Positions 8,540-17,302 of a DNA stretch of 42,087 bases are shown here, in pieces (position 1 is the stretch's first letter; each line of letters starts with the position of its first letter). Below the pieces are notes generated by a model. That model was not told the DNA's origin and searched no databases. It saw only the letters and a list, made by a program, of their open reading frames with translations. The stretch comes from an uncultured Aquabacterium sp. (GTDB lineage: Bacteria; Pseudomonadota; Gammaproteobacteria; Burkholderiales; Burkholderiaceae_C): the NCBI GenBank assembly GCA_966211865.1, contig CBIHPZ010000001.1:1-42087 (forward strand), written 5' to 3'. The translations under genes and the position numbers were made by a program.

Positions 8540-9928
8540 GTGGCGCAACCCGCAGTGACTGCCTACGCAGTCGGCCTGGGGCAGCCGATCCGCGCTGGCC
8601 GATGGCCTGGCGGCCGGCTGGCCGGCGACATCGCCATGGCCGCAGCGGTTGTGGCAGGTGCGCTCGGCGTCCAGTCGTCGGGCCTTGCGGGTGGCGTCAC
8701 CTTGGATGAGCTGCTTGCGGCCGGCTCGATGGAGGCCACGCCATCGGCCAACTTCGCGGTGGTGGGCGACAGCCTCACCGACGAGGCCTATGGCAGCCTC
8801 CACACGGCCACCAGCCTTAATGCGCTGTCCGGTGGTGTGCTGCGCATGGTCGCGAACATCGGCGTGGCGGGCAACACCGTGGCGCAGGTGCTGGCGCGCA
8901 TCGACAACTCCTACACCGCCAGCCCGCCGGGCCTGGCTGGGCTGTCGAACCTCGGCTGGGCGATCTTGCGGATCGGCGCCAACGACCTGCGTGGCGGCGC
9001 CTCCATCAGCGCGCCGCTGCAGGCCTCGTATCAAGCCCTGATCGCCAAGCTGCTTACCTACGCCAAGCGCGTCATCGTGATGGCCGTGACGCCGATGAGT
9101 GCGCCGGAAAGCGGAGTCGGCGTGCCTGGCACGAATGCGTGGCTGGCGTCCTATTGCGCCACTGTGCCGGGCGTCTATTTCATCGACGACACCACGGGCG
9201 TGAGCGACGGGGCAGGTGGCTGGGCCGCCCCCTATGTGCCGCCGGATGGCATTCACTACGGGGCAAAGCCGGCGGCCAGGATGACAGCCGATGGTGCGTC
9301 GGCGTTCGCAGCCATCTTGGCGCCGTACGGCTACGCAAGCCCCCTGATCACCGACCCGGCCGACGTCTACCCGGCCCAGCCGCAATGGATCGTGCATCCG
9401 TACATGGACGGCACCAGCGGCACCACCGGCGGCGGCTTCACGGGCCAGGTGCCGAGTGGGTGGACGGTGACCGGCTATGGCAGCGGCTTCGCGGGCACGT
9501 GCTCAATCGTCGCGTCCGACGACGGCAATCCATCGCCATGGCTGCGCATCACGCCCACATCCATCGGCGCCAGCGGCGGCGCGGCCATCTCCATCACTGC
9601 GGCGATGGCGGGGCGATCGATCACCGCCGTGGACCCGCTCACGTTGGAGCACGCGCTGCAGGTGCGGTTCAACGCCTTCGACGGCACGAAGTTTTCCGAT
9701 CTCAAGTCGTACGCCTACGGCACGAGCAACGAGACCATTGGCGGGCAGTCGCGCTTTTGGATGGGCGATTCGGTGCTGAACGGCATCGTGGTCCCGCGCA
9801 TCGCGACGCGCCGCAAAGCGCCCGCCGCGCACGCGTCGTCTTACCTCCAGATGTACCTGACGCCGACTACTGCATATACCGGCGCAATGGGCAGCATCGA
9901 CTTCCGGCGCGGAAGCGTCAGGGGCTGA
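8540..9928 (+). CDS. SGNH/GDSL hydrolase-domain protein (putative virion-associated esterase)
   Basis: Blocks I-V present: VVGDSLTD, NIGVAGNT, IGANDL, PDGIHY. Confidence 0.8.
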   Translation: MAQPAVTAYAVGLGQPIRAGRWPGGRLAGDIAMAAAVVAGALGVQSSGLAGGVTLDELLAAGSMEATPSANFAVVGDSLTDEAYGSLHTATSLNALSGGVLRMVANIGVAGNTVAQVLARIDNSYTASPPGLAGLSNLGWAILRIGANDLRGGASISAPLQASYQALIAKLLTYAKRVIVMAVTPMSAPESGVGVPGTNAWLASYCATVPGVYFIDDTTGVSDGAGGWAAPYVPPDGIHYGAKPAARMTADGASAFAAILAPYGYASPLITDPADVYPAQPQWIVHPYMDGTSGTTGGGFTGQVPSGWTVTGYGSGFAGTCSIVASDDGNPSPWLRITPTSIGASGGAAISITAAMAGRSITAVDPLTLEHALQVRFNAFDGTKFSDLKSYAYGTSNETIGGQSRFWMGDSVLNGIVVPRIATRRKAPAAHASSYLQMYLTPTTAYTGAMGSIDFRRGSVRG

Positions 9929-9929
9929 C

Positions 9930-10961
9930 ATGGCAGCAGACATCGACATCAGCAGCATCACCCCCTGGACTGGGACGCTCGACAGCGCGTCGCCTTTCGG
10001 CCATGCCATCGCTGTGCCGATGGCGGCCGGGTCGGATCGGGTCGTCTGCCTGGCCCTAACGTCTGGCCTGGGCGGCACTGAGCCGGTCTTCACGGTCACG
10101 GCCGATGGCAACGCGATGACGCTGCTGGACAAGACGGCAACGGGCGGGCCGAATTCCCAAGAGCGGCTGTATTACCTTGCAATGGGCACGGGCGGTGCGG
10201 CGACTGTCAGCGTGTTCGTGGGGGTTGGCAGCTGGTACGGGCAGAAGGTCGCTATCACGGGCTTTGTGCTGACCACTGTCGATCAAGCCACGCCGTGGGC
10301 AGCGCCGGCCAAGAACGGCAGTTCGTTCCAAAACTCGCCAATCAGTACGGCGATCAATGCCACGGCGAATGACTTGACCATCATCGTCGCGGGCGCGAAC
10401 GCTGCGACGGGCATCGGTTTCGGGGCGGGGCAGACCAGTCTCGGCGCGCTGACCGGGCTGGACACCGTGGTGCCGGCGCACAGCTACAAGCTGGGCGCGA
10501 GCGCGTCCGTCAGCACCTCGTGGACATCGGGGCAGACCCAGGCCTCGCAGCTGGCCGCGGTGGCGCGTGGTGCATCGGTCAGCGTCCTTGCGGGCAATGT
10601 CACGCTCGATGCTGCGGTTGCTGCGGGCACGATGGGATCGTCAGCCAGTGACCTGTCTGGTGGCGTCACGCTCGATGCGGCTGTGGCTGCGGGCACCCTC
10701 GGCCAGGCGCCGGGCACGATCAATCTCGTGAGCCTCCGGAATGAGAACAACGGCCCCCACGGGGCCATCACCATTCCGTTCGTCTCGATCTCGCGGGTGA
10801 CGGATGGGGTGCAGGTGCTGGTGCTGGCCGGCGTGGTGTTGGATGCCGGCGGAAGCCAGGCCATCACCAACGGTGCGCTGGTGCCTGGTCAGTGGTACGT
10901 GGTGACGTGCCACCACACTGACCGGTCCAAGGCCGGCATCTTCTTTAGGCAGGCCGTGTAA
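9930..10961 (+). CDS. Beta-rich putative virion appendage protein with 22-aa repeats
   Basis: G/A/S/T-rich; two LxGxVTLDAAVAAGT repeats 66 nt apart (10599, 10665). Confidence 0.6.
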   Translation: MAADIDISSITPWTGTLDSASPFGHAIAVPMAAGSDRVVCLALTSGLGGTEPVFTVTADGNAMTLLDKTATGGPNSQERLYYLAMGTGGAATVSVFVGVGSWYGQKVAITGFVLTTVDQATPWAAPAKNGSSFQNSPISTAINATANDLTIIVAGANAATGIGFGAGQTSLGALTGLDTVVPAHSYKLGASASVSTSWTSGQTQASQLAAVARGASVSVLAGNVTLDAAVAAGTMGSSASDLSGGVTLDAAVAAGTLGQAPGTINLVSLRNENNGPHGAITIPFVSISRVTDGVQVLVLAGVVLDAGGSQAITNGALVPGQWYVVTCHHTDRSKAGIFFRQAV

Positions 10962-11860
10962 TGGCCGACGTGTACGGCGCAGCCCCGGCAGGCCTGGATG
11001 GCGACTTCTACGGCGGACACCCATTTGGCGTATTAGCGGAGGAACTGCCGACCGATGGCCTGAACGGCCCCGGCTACCTCTACGCGTGCGTGAGCCTGCC
11101 GGCTGACACGGGCAAGCGCGTGCGCGGGCCGATTACCAGGTGGCCCCCGGGAGGCACCCTGACGGTGTACCCCGACAGCGCCTTCGACTACGTGGGCACC
11201 GACGACTACGCCGAATTCCGGCTGTACGTGGATGGCTCGGCGAGCGTTGACGACATCGGCTATGGCCCCGGCGTGGGCCGCATCCTGCTGGGTGTGGGAT
11301 CGGAGGCCACGCTCACCGGCGGCGTGGTGCTGGGCGGCGTGGACGTGGGCGGCCAGTTGGATGGTGGCGTGGCCAGCCAGCTCGGCGGGGCGGTGCAGCT
11401 GGATCCCGCCGATGTGGGCGGCTCGCTGTCGGGCGGCAACGCAAGCCTTCTCGGTGGCGACGTGGTTCTCGCGGACGTTGCGGCTTCTGGTGTCGTTGGT
11501 GGCGTGGCGCTGCCAGTCGCGCTCGCCGGGTACACCGTGGAGGCCAAGCCTCGGCGCGCCTCGAAGCCAAAGGCCCTGGACGTCAAGGATCCAGACGAGA
11601 GCATCTTTGTGCTCTTCGACTTCCGGTTGATCGCCGCTTCGGTGGCCGGCGCGCAGGTGCGCATCACGCGCTTCAGTGGCGCGGCCGATGAAGATCCTGA
11701 TGCCATTGCGGGCGGCCCGCTGCTGGTCGATGGCCCGCGGGTCTATCGGCGGCTCGACGCCGGTGTGGACGGCTGCACCTATCACCTGGAGTGCCAGGTG
11801 GACGCGCCCGACGGCAGCCGCTACGTGCTGGCCGCGCTGCTGCCCGTTCGCAGCGTCTGA
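10961..11860 (+). CDS. Putative fibre adaptor protein with LGGxVxL repeats and C-terminal KDPDE..FDF domain
   Basis: Three LxGxVxL repeats; C-terminal KDPDESIFVLFDF resembles phage fibre-adaptor domains. Confidence 0.55.
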   Translation: MADVYGAAPAGLDGDFYGGHPFGVLAEELPTDGLNGPGYLYACVSLPADTGKRVRGPITRWPPGGTLTVYPDSAFDYVGTDDYAEFRLYVDGSASVDDIGYGPGVGRILLGVGSEATLTGGVVLGGVDVGGQLDGGVASQLGGAVQLDPADVGGSLSGGNASLLGGDVVLADVAASGVVGGVALPVALAGYTVEAKPRRASKPKALDVKDPDESIFVLFDFRLIAASVAGAQVRITRFSGAADEDPDAIAGGPLLVDGPRVYRRLDAGVDGCTYHLECQVDAPDGSRYVLAALLPVRSV

Positions 11861-11868
11861 TGCCATCA

Positions 11869-11923
11869 CGAACTGTTCCGTTCTTGGTGGAAACGGAACA
11901 GCGCGGCGGCCAAAACTGACGCC
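11869..11923 (+). promoter_or_regulatory. Late promoter 2: identical 33-bp palindromic site plus -10 (AAAACT), leaderless geometry
   Basis: Exact copy of 6050-6082; 22 nt between the site and ATG 11924. Confidence 0.7.
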
Positions 11924-13342
11924 ATGGCTTCCGCGTCTCCCCTGGTCGAACTGCTCACCGGTCCGTGGGCCATCCTGCCGGAGAAGCTTTTCGAACTGCA
12001 GGCCATCTACACCCGCCACGTGCATGGCGAGGCGGTTGACCTGGCGGCCATCGAGGCACGCCTGGGCCGTCCGCTGGCGAACGACCAGCAGGCCTACACG
12101 CTGCGCGCGGGCGGCGTCGCGGTGCTGGAAATCGCGGGCGTCATCAGCCCGAAAGCGAACCTATTCACCAAAGTGAGCGGCGGCGCCGCGGCCAGCCTGC
12201 TACAGCAGCAGATGGACAGCATGACGGCCGACCCGCGCGTGGTCGGCGCCGTGCTGGACTGGGACACGCCCGGCGGCAACGTGCTCGGCATCCCCGCGCT
12301 CGCCCAGTCCATCCGCCGCCTGGCCGCCGCAAAGCCCACCGTGTCGGTCAGCACCGGCACCATGGCCAGCGCCGGCTACTGGGCAGGATGCGCGGCCAAT
12401 GCCGTCTACATCAGCGGGCTCACCGACAACCTGGGCTCGCTCGGCGTCGTGGCCACCCATCGCTATGACCCGCGCGCCACGCAGGTGCAGACCACGGAAA
12501 TCGCGGTCGGCAAATACAAGCGCATGGCCAGCGAAAGCGGCCCCCTGACCGCCGAGGGCGAGGCCTACATCCGCGCCCAGCTGGACGAGGTTTATCGCGT
12601 CCTCATCAACAGCGTGGCCGAGAGCCGAAACGCCAGCGTCGAAGACGTGCTGCAGCACATGGCCGATGGCCGCCTCTTCATCGGCCAGCAGGCGCTCGAC
12701 GCAGGCCTGGCCGATGGCGTGGCCACCGTCGACGACCTGGTCGAGCATATGGCCACCGATCCCGGCCGCTTCGCGAAGCGCCGCACCGCGTCGTTCGCTG
12801 TCGCGCGTCCGGCCGGCGGCCCCGCCGCAGCAGCGGCGGCCAGTTCAACCCCCATCGAGACCACAGGAGCTGATTCGATGACCCCTCAAGAGCAGGCCGC
12901 CAAGTTCGTGGCCGAGAACCCGGAAGCCGCCGGCCTGCTGCGCGCCGAAGGCGCCAACGGCGAGCGCGAGCGCATCAAGGCCGTGCGCGGCCAGTCGCTG
13001 GCTGGCCACGAACAGCTCATCGAGCAGCTGGCCTTCGATGGCAAGACCACCGGTCCCGAGGCTGCCGTGGCCGTGCTGAACGCCGAGCGCTCGCTGGCCG
13101 CCACGCGGGTGGCCGACATCGCAGCCGACGCGCCGAAGCCCCTGGCGGCCGATGCGACTTCCGCCGCGGCTGACAAGGCTGCCGACGCCGATGCCGACAA
13201 GGCCCCGGCCAATCCCATGGCCGAGGCGAAGCAACTCGCCGCTGCCATCGCCAAGAAGCAGGCCGCGGCCACCGCCGCCGGCCAGACCTTGAGCGCGGTC
13301 GACGCGCTCGCCCTCGTCCGAAAGGAGACCGCAAATGCCTAA
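11924..13342 (+). CDS. Prohead protease (S49, lambda C-like) with C-terminal scaffold
   Basis: LDWDTPGG, MASAGYW and GSLGVV motifs of S49 peptidases. Confidence 0.9.
   Translation: MASASPLVELLTGPWAILPEKLFELQAIYTRHVHGEAVDLAAIEARLGRPLANDQQAYTLRAGGVAVLEIAGVISPKANLFTKVSGGAAASLLQQQMDSMTADPRVVGAVLDWDTPGGNVLGIPALAQSIRRLAAAKPTVSVSTGTMASAGYWAGCAANAVYISGLTDNLGSLGVVATHRYDPRATQVQTTEIAVGKYKRMASESGPLTAEGEAYIRAQLDEVYRVLINSVAESRNASVEDVLQHMADGRLFIGQQALDAGLADGVATVDDLVEHMATDPGRFAKRRTASFAVARPAGGPAAAAAASSTPIETTGADSMTPQEQAAKFVAENPEAAGLLRAEGANGERERIKAVRGQSLAGHEQLIEQLAFDGKTTGPEAAVAVLNAERSLAATRVADIAADAPKPLAADATSAAADKAADADADKAPANPMAEAKQLAAAIAKKQAAATAAGQTLSAVDALALVRKETANA
12878..13342 (+). CDS. Nested in-frame scaffolding protein (Nu3-like)
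   Basis: ACAGGAG SD upstream of in-frame ATG 12878; ERERIKAV scaffold-like helix. Confidence 0.6.
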   Translation: MTPQEQAAKFVAENPEAAGLLRAEGANGERERIKAVRGQSLAGHEQLIEQLAFDGKTTGPEAAVAVLNAERSLAATRVADIAADAPKPLAADATSAAADKAADADADKAPANPMAEAKQLAAAIAKKQAAATAAGQTLSAVDALALVRKETANA

Positions 13343-13715
13343 CCCGGCAATGGTGAAGAGCTACGTCGCCGAGGCGGCGGTGCTCCCGTATCGCATCGTC
13401 AAGTTCGGCGCCGCCGATGGCCAGGTGGTGCAAGCCGCTGCCGGCACCGATGCTGCCTTCGGCCTGGCCGACAACCTGGGCCAGGCCACTGTCGGCGGCC
13501 GCGTCGATGTCATCCAGTCCGGCATCGGCGAAGGCGAAGCGGGTGCCGCCATCACGCGTGGCGCGCTGCTGATGGCCGATGCCTCGGGCCGCGTCATCAC
13601 CGCCGCGGCGGCCGCCGGCAGCAACGTCCGAACCATCGGCACCGCACTCGCGAGCGCCGGCGGCGCCGGCGAAATCATCCCCGTGGACATCACCCCGGGC
13701 AGCTTCCAGGGCTGA
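13335..13715 (+). CDS. Head decoration/capsid cement protein (DUF2190-like)
   Basis: Size, position before the capsid gene, GAAITRGALL..DASGRVI motif. Confidence 0.75.
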   Translation: MPNPAMVKSYVAEAAVLPYRIVKFGAADGQVVQAAAGTDAAFGLADNLGQATVGGRVDVIQSGIGEGEAGAAITRGALLMADASGRVITAAAAAGSNVRTIGTALASAGGAGEIIPVDITPGSFQG

Positions 13716-13752
13716 TCCCCGGCGCACCTGACACCGACGAAAGGAAGCTGAA

Positions 13753-14694
13753 ATGCCCGCTCCGTTCCCGATCAACCCGGCGCTGACCGCCGTCGCGATC
13801 AGCTACCGCAACCCCTCGCTGATCGCCGATATGGTCGCGCCTCGCGTGCCCGTGTCCGTGGACTCGTTCAAGTACTTCAAGTTCAACAAGGACGAGGCGT
13901 TCACGATCCCCGACACCAAGGTCGGCCGCAAGAGCGAGGCCAACATGGTCGAGTTCGGCGGCACCGAGGTGACCGACTCCACCGCCGACTATGGCCTGAA
14001 GGACGCGGTGCCGCTGCAGGACATCCGCAACGCGGAAGGTACGCCGTTCGACCCGCTGGGCCAGGCGTCGTCGAACCTCAGCCGCCTGGTGCAGCTGGAC
14101 CGCGAAGTACGCGTCGCCGGCATCGTGTTCGGCGCGTCGAACTACGCCACCGCCAACAAGGCCACGCTGTCTGGCAACGGCCAGTGGAGCGACTACACCA
14201 ACAGCAACCCGCTGTCGGCCATCCTCACCGTGTTCGACAGCATGATCATGCGGCCGAACAAGTTGGTGCTGGGCCAGGCGGTGTGGACTGTGCTGCGCCA
14301 GCACCCGCGCATCGTCGAAGCCGTCAAGGCCACCGGTGCCGGCCTGAACGCGCAGGGCATGGTCAGCCGCCAGCAGGTCGCTGACCTGCTGGAGATCCAG
14401 GAAATCCTGGTCGGCCAGGCCTTCGTCAACAGCGCGAAGAAGGGCGCTGCCGTCAGCTACGGCCGCTGCTGGGGCAAGTTCGCCGCGGCGCTCTACACCG
14501 AGCCCGTGGCCAGCTCGCAAAGCGCCACCACCGCCATCTTCACCGCCGAGTCTGGCGGCGGTCTGCGCGTGCGCGACTGGTTCGACGACAAGATCGGCAC
14601 CGACGGTGCGCAGGTCGTGCAGGTCGTGGACACGGTCAAGGAAGTCATGCCCGCCAACGACCTGGGCTATCTCTGGTCGGCCGTGGTGGCCTGA
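13753..14694 (+). CDS. Major capsid protein
   Basis: LTAVAISYRN..LIADMVAPRVPV N-terminus; PNKLVLG..VW..LRQHP motif; position. Confidence 0.88.
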   Translation: MPAPFPINPALTAVAISYRNPSLIADMVAPRVPVSVDSFKYFKFNKDEAFTIPDTKVGRKSEANMVEFGGTEVTDSTADYGLKDAVPLQDIRNAEGTPFDPLGQASSNLSRLVQLDREVRVAGIVFGASNYATANKATLSGNGQWSDYTNSNPLSAILTVFDSMIMRPNKLVLGQAVWTVLRQHPRIVEAVKATGAGLNAQGMVSRQQVADLLEIQEILVGQAFVNSAKKGAAVSYGRCWGKFAAALYTEPVASSQSATTAIFTAESGGGLRVRDWFDDKIGTDGAQVVQVVDTVKEVMPANDLGYLWSAVVA

Positions 14695-14711
14695 CCGGCA
14701 GGAGAAGCGAC

Positions 14712-15014
14712 ATGCCTCGTTTCATTGCACTGGAGCCGATCGAGCACGACGGCAAGCGCACCGAGCCGGGCGGCACGCTCGAGCTCACCGCCGAGCAGGC
14801 CGAGCCGCTGCTGGCGCTCAAGCACGTCAAGGCTGGCGGCCGCGCCAAGGCGGCCGATCAGACTGGCGACGCTGCGCCTCAAGCCGGTGGCGGCGAGGCC
14901 GCTGGTGCCGGTGCCGCTGGTGCGGGTGCTGGCGCTGGCGCTGGTGCTGGTGCTGGTGCGGGTGCTGGTGCTGGTGCTGGTGCTGGTGCCGCCGACGGCG
15001 GCTCACAGGCCTGA
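14712..15014 (+). CDS. Small post-capsid protein (packaging chaperone/FI-like) with Gly-Ala tail
   Basis: IEHDGKRTEPGGTLELTAEQAEPLL motif; good SD. Confidence 0.6.
   Translation: MPRFIALEPIEHDGKRTEPGGTLELTAEQAEPLLALKHVKAGGRAKAADQTGDAAPQAGGGEAAGAGAAGAGAGAGAGAGAGAGAGAGAGAGAADGGSQA
14901..14990 (+). repeat. Degenerate hexamer tandem repeat (GCTGGT)n encoding (GA)n
   Basis: Direct reading. Confidence 0.85.
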
Positions 15015-15032
15015 CGCGACACGGCGGCGGCG

Positions 15033-15356
15033 ATGAGCACTGCGGACATGGCGGCATTCGAGCGGCGCTGCGGCGCCGCCCTGGTGAGCCGCATGGCGAA
15101 CGCGCAGGCGCGCGTGCTCGACTTCGCCTTCGATGTCGTCAAGACGCCCGTCGCGGCCGTGCCCGGTCTCGAAATGATCCGCGCCGCGTCCACGCTGGTT
15201 GATGTCGTCGCCATGCGCGCCGATGTCGACGCCGCGCCGGTGGACCTGGACGATGGGGTGCAGCTGTCCGTCGACGACGTGCCGCACACCATCGTCTCGC
15301 GCGAAGACTTCGAAGCGCTGGGCCAGGTGCAGTTCCGGTTGGAGCCCCGCGCATGA
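15033..15356 (+). CDS. Head-tail joining protein (FII-like)
   Basis: Position and size. Confidence 0.55.
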   Translation: MSTADMAAFERRCGAALVSRMANAQARVLDFAFDVVKTPVAAVPGLEMIRAASTLVDVVAMRADVDAAPVDLDDGVQLSVDDVPHTIVSREDFEALGQVQFRLEPRA

Positions 15357-15808
15357 CCGCATCCGCCCACCTGGCCATCACCGACGACATCCTGGCCGCG
15401 CTGCGGGCCGACCCGCCGCTGGTCGATGGCCCCATCGTGCGCGGTCGCGCCGTGGTGCTCACCAAGGCCTTCACCGGCGCCATCGGCGTGCGCCTGGTGC
15501 GCTCGGCTGGCCAGCCCTTCACGCTGGATGGCGACATGCAGTGGCAGACCCTCATCGCCGTCGAGTGCCTTCGTCGGGCCGACGAAGGCGAAGACGCGCA
15601 TGCCGCGGTTGATGGCCTGCTGCAGGCCGTTTTCGAGCGCCTGGGCGCTGCGTGCAGCGCTGCCGGCGCACCCCTGCTGCCGCAAGGCTTGGGCGAGATG
15701 GAAATCGCCTGGGACTTCGACGAACAGGACCCCTCGGTCGGGGCTGCCTCGCTCGCCTTGCGGGCCGAGCAGCTCACGGCCGCCAACACCCTCCGCCCCC
15801 AAACCTGA
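15353..15808 (+). CDS. Tail terminator (gpU-like)
   Basis: Position before the tail tube; ATGA coupling. Confidence 0.55.
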   Translation: MTASAHLAITDDILAALRADPPLVDGPIVRGRAVVLTKAFTGAIGVRLVRSAGQPFTLDGDMQWQTLIAVECLRRADEGEDAHAAVDGLLQAVFERLGAACSAAGAPLLPQGLGEMEIAWDFDEQDPSVGAASLALRAEQLTAANTLRPQT

Positions 15809-15823
15809 AGCAGGAGCGATTCC

Positions 15824-16459
15824 ATGTCCTACCTCACCCTCCGCGGCTCGAAATTCTTCGTGTCCACCGGCCTCCTCGGCGCCGTCAACATCACCGACAT
15901 CAGCAACGGCGTGAACCCCGTGGTCACGGCCGCGGCCCACGGCTACGCCGACAACGACGAGGTGCTGCTCAACGTCGGCTGGGAAGACTTCGACCAGGCC
16001 GTCTTCCGCGTCGACCAGCTCACCACCGGCACCTTCGCGCTGCCCGGCTACGACTCCAGCAACACCGACTGGTACCCGCAGGGCAGCGACACCGGCACCG
16101 CGCAGAAGATCGGCGGCTGGCAGGAAATCGGCCAGGTGCTGAACATCACTGGCCAGGGCGGCGATGCCAAGTACGAAGAGGTGGACCCCTTCGACAAGCG
16201 CAACGGCATCCGCCTGCCGGTGGGCTTCAACCCCTCGTCGATGGAAATGACGCTGGGCTGGGACCAGAGCCGGGCCGACCAGCAGGCGCTGGCCGCCGCC
16301 TCCCGCGTGCTGGGCAAGCGCGCCTTCAAGTTCGCGCTGCCCAACAGCCGCTTCGCCTACGGCTACGGCACGGTGGCCATGTCCGCCATGCCCATGTTCG
16401 AGACGGTGCTCAAGACCCGCGTGGCCGTGTCGTTCGACGGTCTCTTCACCAGCTTCTAA
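15824..16459 (+). CDS. Major tail tube protein
   Basis: WQEIGQVLNITGQGGDAKY...IRLPVGFNPSSMEMTLGWD pattern; SD AGGAG. Confidence 0.85.
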   Translation: MSYLTLRGSKFFVSTGLLGAVNITDISNGVNPVVTAAAHGYADNDEVLLNVGWEDFDQAVFRVDQLTTGTFALPGYDSSNTDWYPQGSDTGTAQKIGGWQEIGQVLNITGQGGDAKYEEVDPFDKRNGIRLPVGFNPSSMEMTLGWDQSRADQQALAAASRVLGKRAFKFALPNSRFAYGYGTVAMSAMPMFETVLKTRVAVSFDGLFTSF

Positions 16460-16508
16460 CCCCCAAGCGGCGCGTGTGTCGCGCCGCTGCCCCCCTCACG
16501 AGGATTCC

Positions 16509-16880
16509 ATGCCCTACAAACTCGCGGTCGCGCCAAAGGTCGAGTTCGCCGTCAAGTTCGATCTCGAAGACGGCGGCAAGGTGCGCAAGTTCGCCGTGCG
16601 CCTGGTCGGTGATCGTCTGGAAGACGGCGCCATCAACGCCCACGTCGAGCAGCAGCGCGGCCAGACCATGGCCGACATCGAGGCCTCCACCGCCACGTTC
16701 CTGCAGACCCACATCACCGGCTGGCGCGACCAGACACTGGTGCTGGACGAGGAAGCCGCGGCGCCCGCCGCATTCAGCGCCGAGGCCTTCAGCACCATGC
16801 TCAGCGTGGCAGGCCTCACCGGGCTGATCTTCGCCGCCTACGCGGAAGCGAACCGCGCCAAGGGCAAGCCGGGAAACTGA
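16509..16880 (+). CDS. Tail assembly chaperone (gpG-like)
   Basis: ITGW.D motif; ends at slippery G GGA AAC TGA. Confidence 0.8.
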   Translation: MPYKLAVAPKVEFAVKFDLEDGGKVRKFAVRLVGDRLEDGAINAHVEQQRGQTMADIEASTATFLQTHITGWRDQTLVLDEEAAAPAAFSAEAFSTMLSVAGLTGLIFAAYAEANRAKGKPGN

Positions 16881-17299
16881 GGCGCCTGGCGCAGCTGCTG
16901 GCCGGCGATGAAATCCAGGTCGAGTCGCCGGATGCGCCAGAAGACGCCAACCCGGCCGCCGCGCTTGGCATGCGCCAGGCCGGCGCGTGGGGCGACATCC
17001 AGGCCCAGCGCGCCGAGCCCGAGGTGTTCTACGTCCTGCCGGAATGCGCGCCGGTGTTGGCCGTGTGGAACGCCGTGCACACCCAGTGGCGCTGGGTCAG
17101 CGGCATGGCCGGCTCGCAGCGCGTGGGGCTGGATTACGCGGGCGTCCGCGCGTCGCCCGTCTTCTGCGCCATCCGCCGGCGCCGGCAGCGCGAGGAAATG
17201 CTGGCCGACCTGTGCGTCATGGAAACCGCCTGGCTCGTCGAGCGCGCGCGCATCGCGGAAGAACAGCGCGCTGAACGTGAACTGCCACCCGTGGGCTGA
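16871..17299 (+). CDS. Frameshift extension of the tail chaperone (gpT/DUF1799-like), -1 frame
   Basis: -1 frame is open from 16871 into the ORF containing TQWRWVSGMAG..VGLDYAGV. Confidence 0.75.
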   Translation, partial: GKLRRLAQLLAGDEIQVESPDAPEDANPAAALGMRQAGAWGDIQAQRAEPEVFYVLPECAPVLAVWNAVHTQWRWVSGMAGSQRVGLDYAGVRASPVFCAIRRRRQREEMLADLCVMETAWLVERARIAEEQRAERELPPVG

Positions 17300-17302
17300 T
17301 CG

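Noticed and set aside
4313..9397. Long antisense ORFs (717 aa, 962 aa) and similar ones at 20000-24819
   Set aside because: Shadow frames of GC-rich genes with clear + strand identities; no motifs
14901..14990. Collagen-like or phase-variable repeat
   Set aside because: Period is Gly-Ala (6 nt, in frame), not Gly-X-Y; length change would not shift the frame
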